A DNA stretch of 64,000 bases from Macrostomum lignano (Eukaryota): assembly GCA_002269645.1 (NCBI GenBank), contig NIVC01000099.1, positions 372,001-436,000 on the forward strand. Reading direction: 5' to 3'. Position numbers and translations under genes: made by a program. Below are positions 1 through 10,859 of the stretch, one piece after another; positions within the stretch are counted from its first letter, which is position 1; each line of letters begins with the position of its first letter. The notes under the pieces are model-generated. The model was not told where the DNA came from and searched no databases. It was given only the letters and a program-made list of their open reading frames with translations.

Positions 1-2862
1 GATTGACCCCTAATAGTACTTCGTAGATAAGACATTTGTACACCAGGCGGTAAATTTTGGTCATCTTATGGTTCCTATCTTTTCAATTTCCCATTGCGGG
101 GTCAGAGGAGGGCGTAGCCCTTATATTTTATGAGCTAAATCAATTACTGTTTTTAGTTTACAGATTCTTTATCACGTAAGTTATCTGCGCCCCATGAGTT
201 TGCTTTAATTGTATAAATAAATTATACATTGATTATGATCTGCTCTTATCTCTCTAATCTCGCAATTGGAGTTATAATAATCAACCATGTTGATACAATG
301 TTGGAGACCTCCTGAGTGGGGATTTCTAAGTGCCTCCTTTTCATTTTTCTAACATTTCGCTGTATAATGTTAATTGCCGTATACTCCTTATTGAAAATTG
401 AGCCTTGCAGTTTTTACATGATAAATATGGAACATCACAGTCACAGTATATCACCCTTTTATCCTCTCTCTCAACAGTATATCACCCTTATTTCCTCTCT
501 CCCGAGTATATCACATTTCTATCTCCCTCTTTCACCAGAAATTATGGGGCGTGAACTTTTTGGTTGCTTGTGCAGCCCAGCAGCATCACCGTGAACCTCA
601 TGGGAAATTTCAGTTACTTTAATCGTTAAAAAACTTTCTGTGCACGACTGACTGCCATCGAAAGCTTCATGTGAAGGCAACAAAGAAGATGCTGGAGCGA
701 AGTCATGCTGATCGAGAAGCCATATGCTGCAAAACGCCAAAAAGGTAGGAAAAATTCATTTGAAATTCCCAATTAGCTGAGCCCTCCATTCGCTTGGATG
801 GTTGGAACAGCCTTGCCTCTTGTACCCAAATATTGAGGAATCGGTGCGCAGAGGAGAAACAGACGGGCCGGAAGGTCATTCAAAAGATCTGGCAACTGCA
901 TTTTTTGCAATCAGAGGCGCCAAAAGTCAGAAAGCAACAGCCGACAGCGTCTTCAAGTCGCTGGCAGCTTCCCAACAAAATAGGGAAATTTTCCCACTTG
1001 GTTTCCAACAAACAGAAATGGATTCCCTATCCGAACGCCTGTCTGATAAACTTCTGCTGCTCCCTCACGTCTCTGCTTCCTTCGGTTCGAGCCCAACTGG
1101 CTTGGAAATGAAAACCGGGTTGGTTTGCTGACTCCGATTTCTCGTTCCGGCATCGCGCCCATGGAATTCCCAGAAGAGGATAAAGATGGCAGATTGTCAA
1201 ATCTCTCCCCCCGGCCTCCGAAAGAACTTGGCAGAAATTGGAGAAGCGAAGCGGATAAGCCTAATGGCTGAGTGACAGCCACCCTGATTGGCAAATGGCG
1301 GCCTTGTTGGAAATGCCAGATCCCGTTTACTATCGGGTTAAGCACCCGTCTGGCAGACTAAAGAGCTCGCATGCTGGCTTACTAAATACCAACTGAACCA
1401 GCAACCGATGGGAAGCCCGTGCCCGGACCCATCTGGCTCGGATTCCATTCTGTCTCCATCTATAACTGGCTAGATTAGCAATCCATTTCAGTCCCTAATT
1501 TGTAGGCTACGGCAGCAGGTTGTGCTCCTTCATTCAGTGGCCGCATTTAGGATCAATATTGCGCATTGTCCGGCCCCTATTTTTTATTGCTTATAGCTGC
1601 CATCGCATTCTGATATTACTCGTAATCCGGCGTGGTTAACTTCCCAGCTCCCCAATGGGGCAGGGCAAGCCGAGTCCAAATGTCACGAAATTAGATTTCA
1701 GAAAAATGGCCGAATCAACCCAATGTTCCCCTTGGCAACTAAACTGTGTGTCCAACACTCGGGCAGACAGACAGGTCCCTGGGGTGCCAATTTTTGAGCA
1801 GTTGCAATTCCATGGAATAGATTTAGCAAACTTAAAACTGTAGGTTCAGTACCGTGCGTGACCTAGCTGCAGATGAGCTGCAGATGAGCTGCAGATGAGC
1901 AGGCATTCTCTTGACCACGCTGGAGGCTTGAAGCGTGACCCAATTTTCCAAGCGTCACTAATGTAGAAAAGGCTCAACGTGATCGAAATCCTGCATTGAG
2001 GTGCCGGTTACTATCCAATTTGCTTTTTCTGCAACAATTTTTTCAGAAAAAATAGCATCTCGGCACCTAGGTGTGAAGAGCGTGTGGGAGAAATTTTTGT
2101 TGCAGTTTTTTCTCGCGGCAATTTCTGCCACGACAACCGGAAACCGTGAAAATTGTGGAATCCCTCGGGATTTCCGGTTTCGAATGACATCCCAGCCTGA
2201 AAAAACTCGCTGCAGACTGCAGATGCGCCAGCGATTCAATTTATGGATGGCTGCATTATTGATGCCTGCTCAAAATTGCTGGTCCAGTGCAGCGCTGCAT
2301 GGTGTGACGGCATGGCAACTCGAACTGCGCTGCTCTGCTTTGTACACGGCAATGAGTAGCATTTTTGAATAAAATAATTCTTTGAGGATTAAACAATACC
2401 TGCTCATCAAACTGTTTCGAGATACTTCAGTAATAAAGGTGTGCCCAGCAACACAGATGCCGCAGTCTTAGTATAGTAAAAGCAAGTAGAATAGGTAAAA
2501 ATTTGTTTTTAATGGGTAAAGCAGTTTTAACTTTCATCGCTTCATCGCAGTGCAAAAATGATAAACAAAAAGTGCAAATAGGCGGTCCGTTCAAAAGACA
2601 AAAGCAGATATTAGAAATAAACTTGAGAAAGAGGCATGACGTGTCGGAGCAAAAATATTCTCCAAGGCTGCGTTCGAAGAGCTTGAACCAAGTCTAGATT
2701 AGCATTGAGCGTCAATGCTTTCTAGCGAACCCAAACGGCTGATGAGTGACTGGCATTGCGCTTCCGCCCTACCACCTAGAAAATACCACCTAGATTAGGC
2801 TGCGACGCTCCAATTCTTAAGCGTCTGCATTTTTCAGCAGTAAACCGCGCGCCCGACACAAT

Positions 2863-3256
2863 GGGCCGTATGCAGAAAGCCTAGTCCAGACTAGCTAGTC
2901 CGGGCTTGGGTAGTTCAGTCTATGGTCTATGGTCCAGCTACCCTAGTTCTGTCTATAGAAGACCGGTCTAACTTTGCGTTTCTGCATACCAAATCCAAGT
3001 CTAGACTAGCTTTTCAAGACCGGACTACCCTAGACAGAGCTTTATGCATCCAAGCTCTGTAATCTGCATCCACAGAAAGCTCTGTCTAGGGTAGTCCGGT
3101 CTTGAAAAGCTACTCTGGACTTGGATTTGGTATGCAGAAACACTAAGTTAGATCGGTCTACTATAGACAGAACTAAGGTAGCTAGACCATAGACTATAGA
3201 CTGAACTACCCAAGTCCGAACTAGCTAGTCTGGACTAGGCTTTATACATACGGCCC
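2863..3256. mobile_element. Non-autonomous foldback DNA transposon (MITE), 394 bp, about 181-bp imperfect inverted arms, 3-bp AAT target-site duplication; PIF/Harbinger(PHIS)-like
   Basis: Left arm GGGCCGTATGCAGAAAGCCTAGTCCAGACTAGCTAG... (2863-3043) is the near reverse complement of the right arm (3076-3256, ...CTAGCTAGTCTGGACTAGGCTTTATACATACGGCCC). Spacer is 32 nt. AAT flanks both ends (2860-2862, 3257-3259). No coding capacity. Superfamily is inferred from the GGGC termini and 3-bp TSD. Confidence 0.8.
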
Positions 3257-3508
3257 AATGTCTCTTGCATTTCACTTGCTGGCGCGCGAAAAATTCTAAA
3301 TGGCCTGTCCCGAATCCCCCACCGCTGAGCGCTCTGTTGCTGAAGAACGAAATGCATGAAACAAAAAACTTAGTGCTCTTCCACAAAAAGTCATTTGTTT
3401 TCGTGTCTGACAAGCGCTTAAGCAATTTTTGAATTCACATGTATATTCTAGCGGTGCAGGTTCTCATGTTTGTCCTAAACGGAGGGCAGTGTGCGCAGAG
3501 AACACACG

Positions 3509-5245
3509 TCAGGTATGCGGCAGCTGAGCAGCCACAGTCCGCTTGCCCACCCGGGCAGCAGTGTGGTTTGGCTGTGTGCCAAACTCTGCACAGACGCCCT
3601 TCTCCCATGGATCGACCCTAGGCATCAGCGGGGTCGCCTGCTCGAGGCCGATCGCTTCGACTCCATCTCCGCGGACGTCGCCGCCGCCGCCATTGCCACC
3701 GCCGCTGCTACCGGCCCTGAACCCGTCAGTTCCTGGCGTCGGCGGTGCGACGGGTTGGAAGCTGAGGTACACGAATTCGATCATCTCAACCAGAAAGGCA
3801 GCGGTAAGGCCGATGCACAGGGAGCAGAGGCCGCCAATCCGACTCAGCAAAATGTTGATGTCCAACGTCAACTTCTCAATCTTTTTGATGACGTCCCAAT
3901 TTTTGCGTCGAATCTTGATGTAGGTGTAGGAGTTCTGCTGCGACAAGCGGCTGTTGTAGGTCTTGGACTTGTATTGAGACACGTTTTTGCGGAGGGTTTC
4001 CAGTAAATGGCGCGTTCCGTTGCTGTTCTGCGCTTTGTACTGGTCAGCCAGAGCCTCGATCTTGTTTGGCGACGGAATCCACTTAATGATGGAAAGCGTC
4101 GATTCGTAGGTAAAATATTTACACCTGGGAAAGCAGACCGAGGCTGATAAGTTAGCCTTGAGCTCTGCCTCATTCTCCAGGGTATGCAAAACGCAATTTA
4201 ACTTCTTTGACAGCTTCTCGAGGTCCTCGTTGTCGGACGTATCGATGCAGTAGGGCACTGTCGGGCTCGGTACCTGGATCACCGGCCACAGGGAGTTGAG
4301 ACAGCCGCACTGTTTCAGCAGGTACTGCTGCAGCTGAGCGTTGGCGCAGTGGTGGTAGTCGGAGAAGTACTCCCTGTCCAGATGCTTGATGTACGGCTGG
4401 TTGTCGCGACACTCTTGTTTCGGGGTGCGCAGCTTCTGCCAGGCAGTGGTGGCGTAGTTCACCTCGTTCATTCGGCCCGGCTCCACGTTGAAGCCGCTCT
4501 GCGCAAAGTCTGGTATGACTCCTTGTTCGTGGACCGTGACCTTGACACCCTCGCCTTTATTTAGAACGTCATAAAGAAAGCTATGGTTCAGCTGCTCAAG
4601 ATCCTGAGCTGGCACTAGAGACATGACCACAACGATGGACTCGAAATTTTGGCTATCCTTGCTGTCCACGGTGAAGCAGTTGAAGAACTCACTGTGCGAG
4701 AACAGATTCACTGTGAGATTTTCATAGATGCAGTTTTCAGCAATAACCTGTTGACCGGGGGACATGACAACACAAAAGAACAAACTGCTCCTGTTGTGAC
4801 TGATGGCCACGGTGTCATTGTAGCTCAGGTGCTGGTAGTACGTATCGACGTTGTCATAGGCGAACAACGAGGGCAATATGGTGTCGAGCAGGTCTTGGCT
4901 GATTGCCCGTTCAGAAATGTTGCGCAGCATTCGCTGGAACTTCATCGGCGTGAGCACGGCGCCGCTCTCCCAGGCAGCCTTGGCGGCCTGGCTGAACGGA
5001 TTGTGAGAGCAGAGCGTGAAAGAGGGGAATGACGGCTTGTTGTCAAACTCCGTCGTCGTGTGCCAGGCGGTGTTGTAGTTGAGGAAATCGCGCACAAGCA
5101 GCGCGGAGGTGATCACGAGCACGAGCGTCATCACAACGACGAAGATTGTCCACAGCGAGCGGCTGAACATCGACCGGGCCTTGGTGATCTTCTGCATGCC
5201 CCTGATGGACGAGGCCTCGCAGAACATCGCCCAACGGGTAGACAT
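3509..5245 (-). CDS. DEG/ENaC-family (amiloride-sensitive, FaNaC/ASIC-like) ion channel subunit; single large coding exon
   Basis: ORF 3509-5332 (TTG start in the track; first ATG at 5245). It has pre-TM1 FCEASSIRG, TM1 LWTIFVVVMTLVLVITSALLV, FPSFTLCSHN, FSHSEFFNCFT, GFNVEPG, a Cys-rich thumb (YHHC...CGC...PYC...C...CFPRC) and TM2 LLSRIGGLCSLCIGLTAAFLVEMIEFVY. An acceptor-like CTCTTTGACCTCCGCAG ends at 5320, so an upstream exon is possible. Confidence 0.93.
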   Translation of the reverse strand: MSTRWAMFCEASSIRGMQKITKARSMFSRSLWTIFVVVMTLVLVITSALLVRDFLNYNTAWHTTTEFDNKPSFPSFTLCSHNPFSQAAKAAWESGAVLTPMKFQRMLRNISERAISQDLLDTILPSLFAYDNVDTYYQHLSYNDTVAISHNRSSLFFCVVMSPGQQVIAENCIYENLTVNLFSHSEFFNCFTVDSKDSQNFESIVVVMSLVPAQDLEQLNHSFLYDVLNKGEGVKVTVHEQGVIPDFAQSGFNVEPGRMNEVNYATTAWQKLRTPKQECRDNQPYIKHLDREYFSDYHHCANAQLQQYLLKQCGCLNSLWPVIQVPSPTVPYCIDTSDNEDLEKLSKKLNCVLHTLENEAELKANLSASVCFPRCKYFTYESTLSIIKWIPSPNKIEALADQYKAQNSNGTRHLLETLRKNVSQYKSKTYNSRLSQQNSYTYIKIRRKNWDVIKKIEKLTLDINILLSRIGGLCSLCIGLTAAFLVEMIEFVYLSFQPVAPPTPGTDGFRAGSSGGGNGGGGDVRGDGVEAIGLEQATPLMPRVDPWEKGVCAEFGTQPNHTAARVGKRTVAAQLPHT

Positions 5246-6293
5246 CTTGCGGAGCAGGCGTCGGCACCGGAGTCTGGGTCTGGCTGAGGAGCGGCCGTCA
5301 CTGCTGGCTGCGGCGTCTGCTGCGGAGGTCAAAGAGGGTAAATTAGCGACCAGGGGAAATTAGGCCGCTTGATATTGGCTTGGCGTTCTCTTCTGCCCCA
5401 GAAAAAGCCAGTGAGAGTGTCGAATTAAAAAGCAGAACTGACAAGAGCTGGCGAGCTCGCCATCCAAGCGGCTTTCATTGGCCGCTCCCGCCCCCCATGC
5501 GTCTGTCGTGCAGGGATTGGCCCCTGGGGCCTCTGCTTGGCAACACTTGGAATTCCGTCAGTGAATTTTCTTTCATTTCCTGTCTTCCTCTCCAAGTTCG
5601 GGGGGGAGAGGCGAGCGATTCCTCACATAATCATTTCGCCTCTTTCGATTTTCTCGACGAAGGGAAAGTCAAATATAGATTTTTTGGATATTGTTTTTCA
5701 CTACGCCAGTAGAAAATATTCCATGAAGAAGCCTTCGCGGCACAGGTTACTGTAAATAGCAGCTATCGCGGCAGCGGCTGGGGAGGCTGCGACTCCGATC
5801 CCAGAGTAAATAATTGGCTTGCCAACATAAGGTCGAATTTGCTCAGCGCTAGCGGGGAAAAGTTTCCAGATTGCTCAAGCTCAGGGAAGATGCTTAGATG
5901 GAATAATAACTGTACTGAACTTGCTCTGGAATTTCGGTCATAGGAAGCACAAAGCCGAGTTGGGAGCAAACGATTGTCACAGGGAAATTGCCAAAACCGA
6001 CTGGAGCTTCTATGTAGGTGGCTTAGAAAGCTGCTCAAAAGCAGCTCAGCTTCATCGAGAGCTGTTGGGAGCCCGTAGCCAGCCAATGTGATTGGCTAAT
6101 TAAAGTTGACAGGAGAGACGCTATCGATGGGGAGACAGGCGGAACAGGGCAGAGTCCGGGGTCAGCGGATTCAGTGCAGAGAGAATTCAGTCTTCAGCAG
6201 ACTGTCGTGACAAAACATAATGCATCCATAGTGAGCTCAACAGCCTTGCACTTTGTTGAGGCAAGTGCGCTCCGAATAGAGCATGCACTGTGC

Positions 6294-7660
6294 TCTAACA
6301 CCCCAGTCTCACTGTCTAACACCCCAGTCTCACTGTCTAACACCCCAGTCTCACTGTCTAACACCCCAGTCTCACTGTCTAACACCCCAGTCTCACTGTC
6401 TAACACCCCAGTCTCACTGTCTAACACCCCAGTCTCACTGTCTAACACCCCAGTCTCACTGTCTAACACCCCAGTCTCACTGTCTAACACTCAATCTCAC
6501 TGTCAAACACCCAATCTCACTGTCTAACACCCAATCTCACTGTCTAACACCCAATCTCACTGTCTAACACCCAATCTCACTGTCTAACACCTAATCTAAC
6601 TTTCTAACACCCAATCTCACTGTCTAACACTCAATCTCACTGTAAAACACCCAATCTCACTGTCCAACACCCAATCTCACTGTTAAACATCCAATCTCAT
6701 TGTCTAACACTCAATCTCACTGTCAAACACCCAATCTCACTGTCAAACACTCAATCTCACTGTCTAACACTCAATCTCACTGTTAAACACCCAATCTCAC
6801 TGTCAAACACCCAATCTCACTGTCTAACACCCAATCTCACTGTCCAACACCCAATCTCACTTTCTAACACCCAATCTCACTGTCTAACACTCAATCTCAC
6901 TGTCTAACACCCAATCTCACTGTCAAACACCCAATCTTACTGTCTAGCACCCAATCTCACTGTCTAACACCCAATCTCACTGTCAAACACCCAATCTCAC
7001 TTTCTAACACTCAATCTCACCTTCTGACACCCAATCTCACTGTCTAACACCCAATATCACTGTTAAACACCCAATCTCACTGTCTAACACCCAATCTCAC
7101 TGTCAAACACCCAATCTCACTGTCTAACACCCAATCTCACTGTCTAACACCCAATCTTACTGTCTAGCACCCAATCTCACTGTCTAACACCCAATCTCAC
7201 TGTCTAACACCCAATCTCACTGTCTAACAGCCGATCTCACTGTCTAACGCCCAATCTCACTGTCTAACACCCAATCTCACTGTCTAACACCCAATCTCAT
7301 TGTCTAACACCCAATCTCACTGTCTAACACCCAATCTCACTGTCTAACACCCAATCTCATTGTCTAACACCCAATCTCATTGTCTAACACCCAATCTCAC
7401 TGTCTAACACCCAATCTCACTGTCTAACACCCAATCTCACTGTCTAACACCCAATCTCACTGTCCAACACCCAATCTCACTTTCTAACACCCAATCTCAC
7501 TGTCTAACACTCAATCTCACTGTCAAACACCCAATCTCACTGTCTAACACTCAATCTCACTGTCTAACACCCAATCTCACTGTCAAACACCCAATCTCAC
7601 TGTCTAGCACTCAACCTCACTGTCTAACAGCCGATCTCACTGTCTAACACCCGATCTCAC
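6294..7660. repeat. Minisatellite: 21-bp unit (TCTAACACCCCAGTCTCACTG) switching to a 20-bp unit (TCTAACACCCAATCTCACTG)
   Basis: Tandem units read directly; roughly 65-70 copies. Confidence 0.97.
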
Positions 7661-8306
7661 GCCGAAAAGCTACTAAAAAGGAAAGATGAATCAATTAATT
7701 TTTCAAAAAACAATCCTGCAACAAAAAATCATTCTGGGCGAATTGAATTTGGCTGGAAATCAATTTTGTTTTTAACGAAAAAGCAACTCATTACGTCGAG
7801 TGCTCAGCCTGGGCCGCCCGGATACTCTGGCCGATCTCAACCCAGCAATGATTTGCACGCGGTAGCAACTTTCTTTAGTAGCAAAAGCTGTCTTGGCAAA
7901 CCGGGGCTCAAGCCTGTGAGAGCTGAGCTCCGCTGAGCAGCAAAGGCCGCCCGGCCCGAACTCCATTCCGAGCTCAGCTTCCCCGCCCCTCCATCTCCTC
8001 GGCATCCTTAACTGGGGATCTGCCAGGGCCTGGCGATGCCTACCCCCCCCCTCCACCCCAGCGGCCACCCCGAGTCTGGAGTCATCAATAATTAAAAGAC
8101 TAGCGGTTTGGGCAGCAAATTTGCGTCTTGATTGCTTCTGCCCCGGAGCTTCTACAGTTTCTTTCGCGGGCGGCTGCCTGACTCCAGAATAACACATGGG
8201 AAGACACTAATACGGCTGCTCGCTGTCACAGTTGCGAAAAATTTTTTATGATTGCGGCAAGATTTTAATCTGGTGAGGCGGCTGGTGAGGCGGCTGAAGG
8301 GCAGCA

Positions 8307-8411
8307 CTCTAGCAGTGGCTCTAGCAGTGGCTCTAGCAGTGGCTCTAGCAGTGGCTCTAGCAGTGACTCTAGCAGTGGATCTAGCAGTGGCTCTAGCAGT
8401 GGCTCTAGCAG
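8307..8411. repeat. 12-bp tandem repeat CTCTAGCAGTGG
   Basis: About 8-9 copies read directly. Confidence 0.9.
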
Positions 8412-9321
8412 TTTAAATATCAGTACGGGACCCCTTTAATCCCTTCAATTCAACAGTTGCATGGCCTGTTGATCCCGCACCCGAATCGGCTGGGGAAGTA
8501 CATGGAAACCGTTTTACAGAATAAGCTCTGGCGCTCCTGGCACTGACGCCCAGTCAAATGAAGTGGCGCCAACTAATATCCCTGCCAGCGCGTCGGGCCC
8601 GCTGACCGTTGAGCATGCGAGCACATTCAAGTTTTCTCGTTGGCATTCATTCACATCTTTCTGTACACACATTGGCCTTCATGGGCGTGAAAATGATAAA
8701 AAAGGTCAAAAGTTAATACGAAAATGCGGGGCTGAACCTGAATAAGATGCTTGCTAAAAAGTCCATTAATAGTCCGGTAATTGGCGTTCAAAAAGTAATT
8801 TGACATCAATTTGAAACAGATAACGGGACCCAAGGGACTGAAGCTGGTAAGGCGTCTGCTCAGAAGAACACTGAACTGTGGATACACATTACACATCAAT
8901 AAAATGCCCAGAAAAACACTGCCCGGGCCTGCAAATGGTGCTCAGCAAAAAGTGCAGCGATCCTTCTCTATTCTTCATTTTATTTGGCTTTGGCCCCGTG
9001 CGGCTATCCGCGGCACGACTCGCCCCATCCGGGTCTACTTGAGATTCCAATATCCGGTTGATGGGGCCGCCCCTCCTTTAGTTCTTTCATCCCGCCGAGG
9101 CAGCAGCTGCAGGGCGTGAGCTGCTGTTAATCACCCAGTGAGCATTGAGCTGGGAGCTGCTGGCATGCCTCTGATTGTTCGCACAGGCTGCTGGTGTTCG
9201 CTGCCAGTTGGCTCTAATTTTGGGCCTGCAGTCAGGCTTTCCAGGCTAAAATATGCCTCAGCACTAGAAAACGGTTGCGACTGTTGGATTCAGAGATTAT
9301 CATAGTCCGTTGATTTGATGC

Positions 9322-10859
9322 CTCTAGCTAGCACTATGCGAACTTGGTGAGCTACAGAATGTCGGGAGTCAAGAGACAGGAGTGACTCTAGCTAGCACTA
9401 TGCGAACTTGGTGAGCTACAGAATGTCGGGAGTCAAGAGACAGGAGTGACTCTAGCTAGCAGTGTGCGAACTTGGTGAGCTACAGAATGTCGGGAGTCAA
9501 GAGACAGGAGTGACTCTAGCTAGCAGTGTGCGAACTTGGTGAGCTACAGAATGTCGGGAGTCAAGAGACAGGAGTGACTCTAGCTAGCAGTGTGCGAACT
9601 TGGTGAGCTACAGAATGTCGGGAGTCAAGAGACAGGAGTGACTCTAGCTAGCAGTGTGCGAACTTGGTGAGCTACAGAATGTCGGGAGTCAAGAGACAGG
9701 AGTGACTCTAGCTAGCAGTGTGCGAACTTGGTGAGCTACAGAATGTCGGGAGTCAAGAGACAGGAGTGACTCTAGCTAGCAGTATGCGGACTTGTGAGCT
9801 ACAGAATGACGGGAGTCAAGAGACAGGAGTGACTCTAGCTAGCAGTATGCGGACTTGTGAGCTACAGAATGACGGGAGTCAAGAGACAGGAGTGACTCTA
9901 GCTAGCAGTGTGCGAACTTGGTGAGCTACAGAATGTCGGGAGTCAAGAGACAGGAGTGACTCTAGCTAGCAGTATGCGGACTTGTGAGCTACAGAATGAC
10001 GGGAGTCAAGAGACAGGAGTGACTCTAGCTAGCAGTGTGCGAACTTGGTGAGCTACAGAATGTCGGGAGTCAAGAGACAGGAGTGACTCTAGCTAGCAGT
10101 ATGCGGACTTGTGAGCTACAGAATGTCGGGAGTCAAGAGACAGGAGTGACTCTAGCTAGCAGTATGCGGACTTGTGAGCTACAGAATGTCGGGAGTCAAG
10201 AGACAGGAGTGACTCTAGCTAGCAGTGTGCGAACTTGGTGAGCTACAGAATGTCGGGAGTCAAGAGACAGGAGTGACTCTAGCTAGCAGTATGCGGACTT
10301 GTGAGCTACAGAATGTCGCGAGTCAAGAGACAGGAGTGACTCTAGCTAGCAGTGTGCGAACTTGGTGAGCTACAGAATGTCGCGAGTCAAGAGACAGGAG
10401 TGACTCTAGCTAGCAGTATGCGGACTTGTGAGCTACAGAATGTCGGGAGTCAAGAGACAGGAGTGACTCTAGCTAGCAGTGTGCGAACTTGGTGAGCTAC
10501 AGAATGTCGGGAGTCAAGAGACAGGAGTGACTCTAGCTAGCAGTGTGCGAACTTGGTGAGCTACAGAATGTCGCGAGTCAAGAGACAGGAGTGACTCTAG
10601 CTAGCAGTGTGCGAACTTGGTTAGCTACAGAATGTCGCGAGTCAAGAGACAGGAGTGACTCTAGCTAGCAGTATGCGGACTTGTGAGCTACAGAATGTCG
10701 GGAGTCAAGAGACAGGAGTGACTCTAGCTAGCAGTGTGCGAACTTGGTGAGCTACAGAATGTCGCGAGTCAAGAGACAGGAGTGACTCTAGCTAGCAGTG
10801 TGCGAACTTGGTGAGCTACAGAATGTCGCGAGTCAAGAGACAGGAGTGACTCTAGCTAG
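9322..10859. repeat. 64/63-bp minisatellite (CTCTAGCTAGCAGTGTGCGAACTTGGTGAGCTACAGAATGTCGGGAGTCAAGAGACAGGAGTGA and variants)
   Basis: About 24 units with a 64-bp period (e.g. GAATGTC at 9421 and 9485). A 63-bp variant is interspersed. Confidence 0.97.

Noticed and set aside
794-1131. 109-aa plus-strand ORF as a terminal exon of an upstream gene
   Set aside because: No recognisable motif, no convincing splice context, and codon usage unlike the confirmed exons. Unresolved rather than excluded.
9322-10859. CRISPR-like regular repeats
   Set aside because: Units are contiguous with no unique spacers, there are no cas genes, and the context is eukaryotic.
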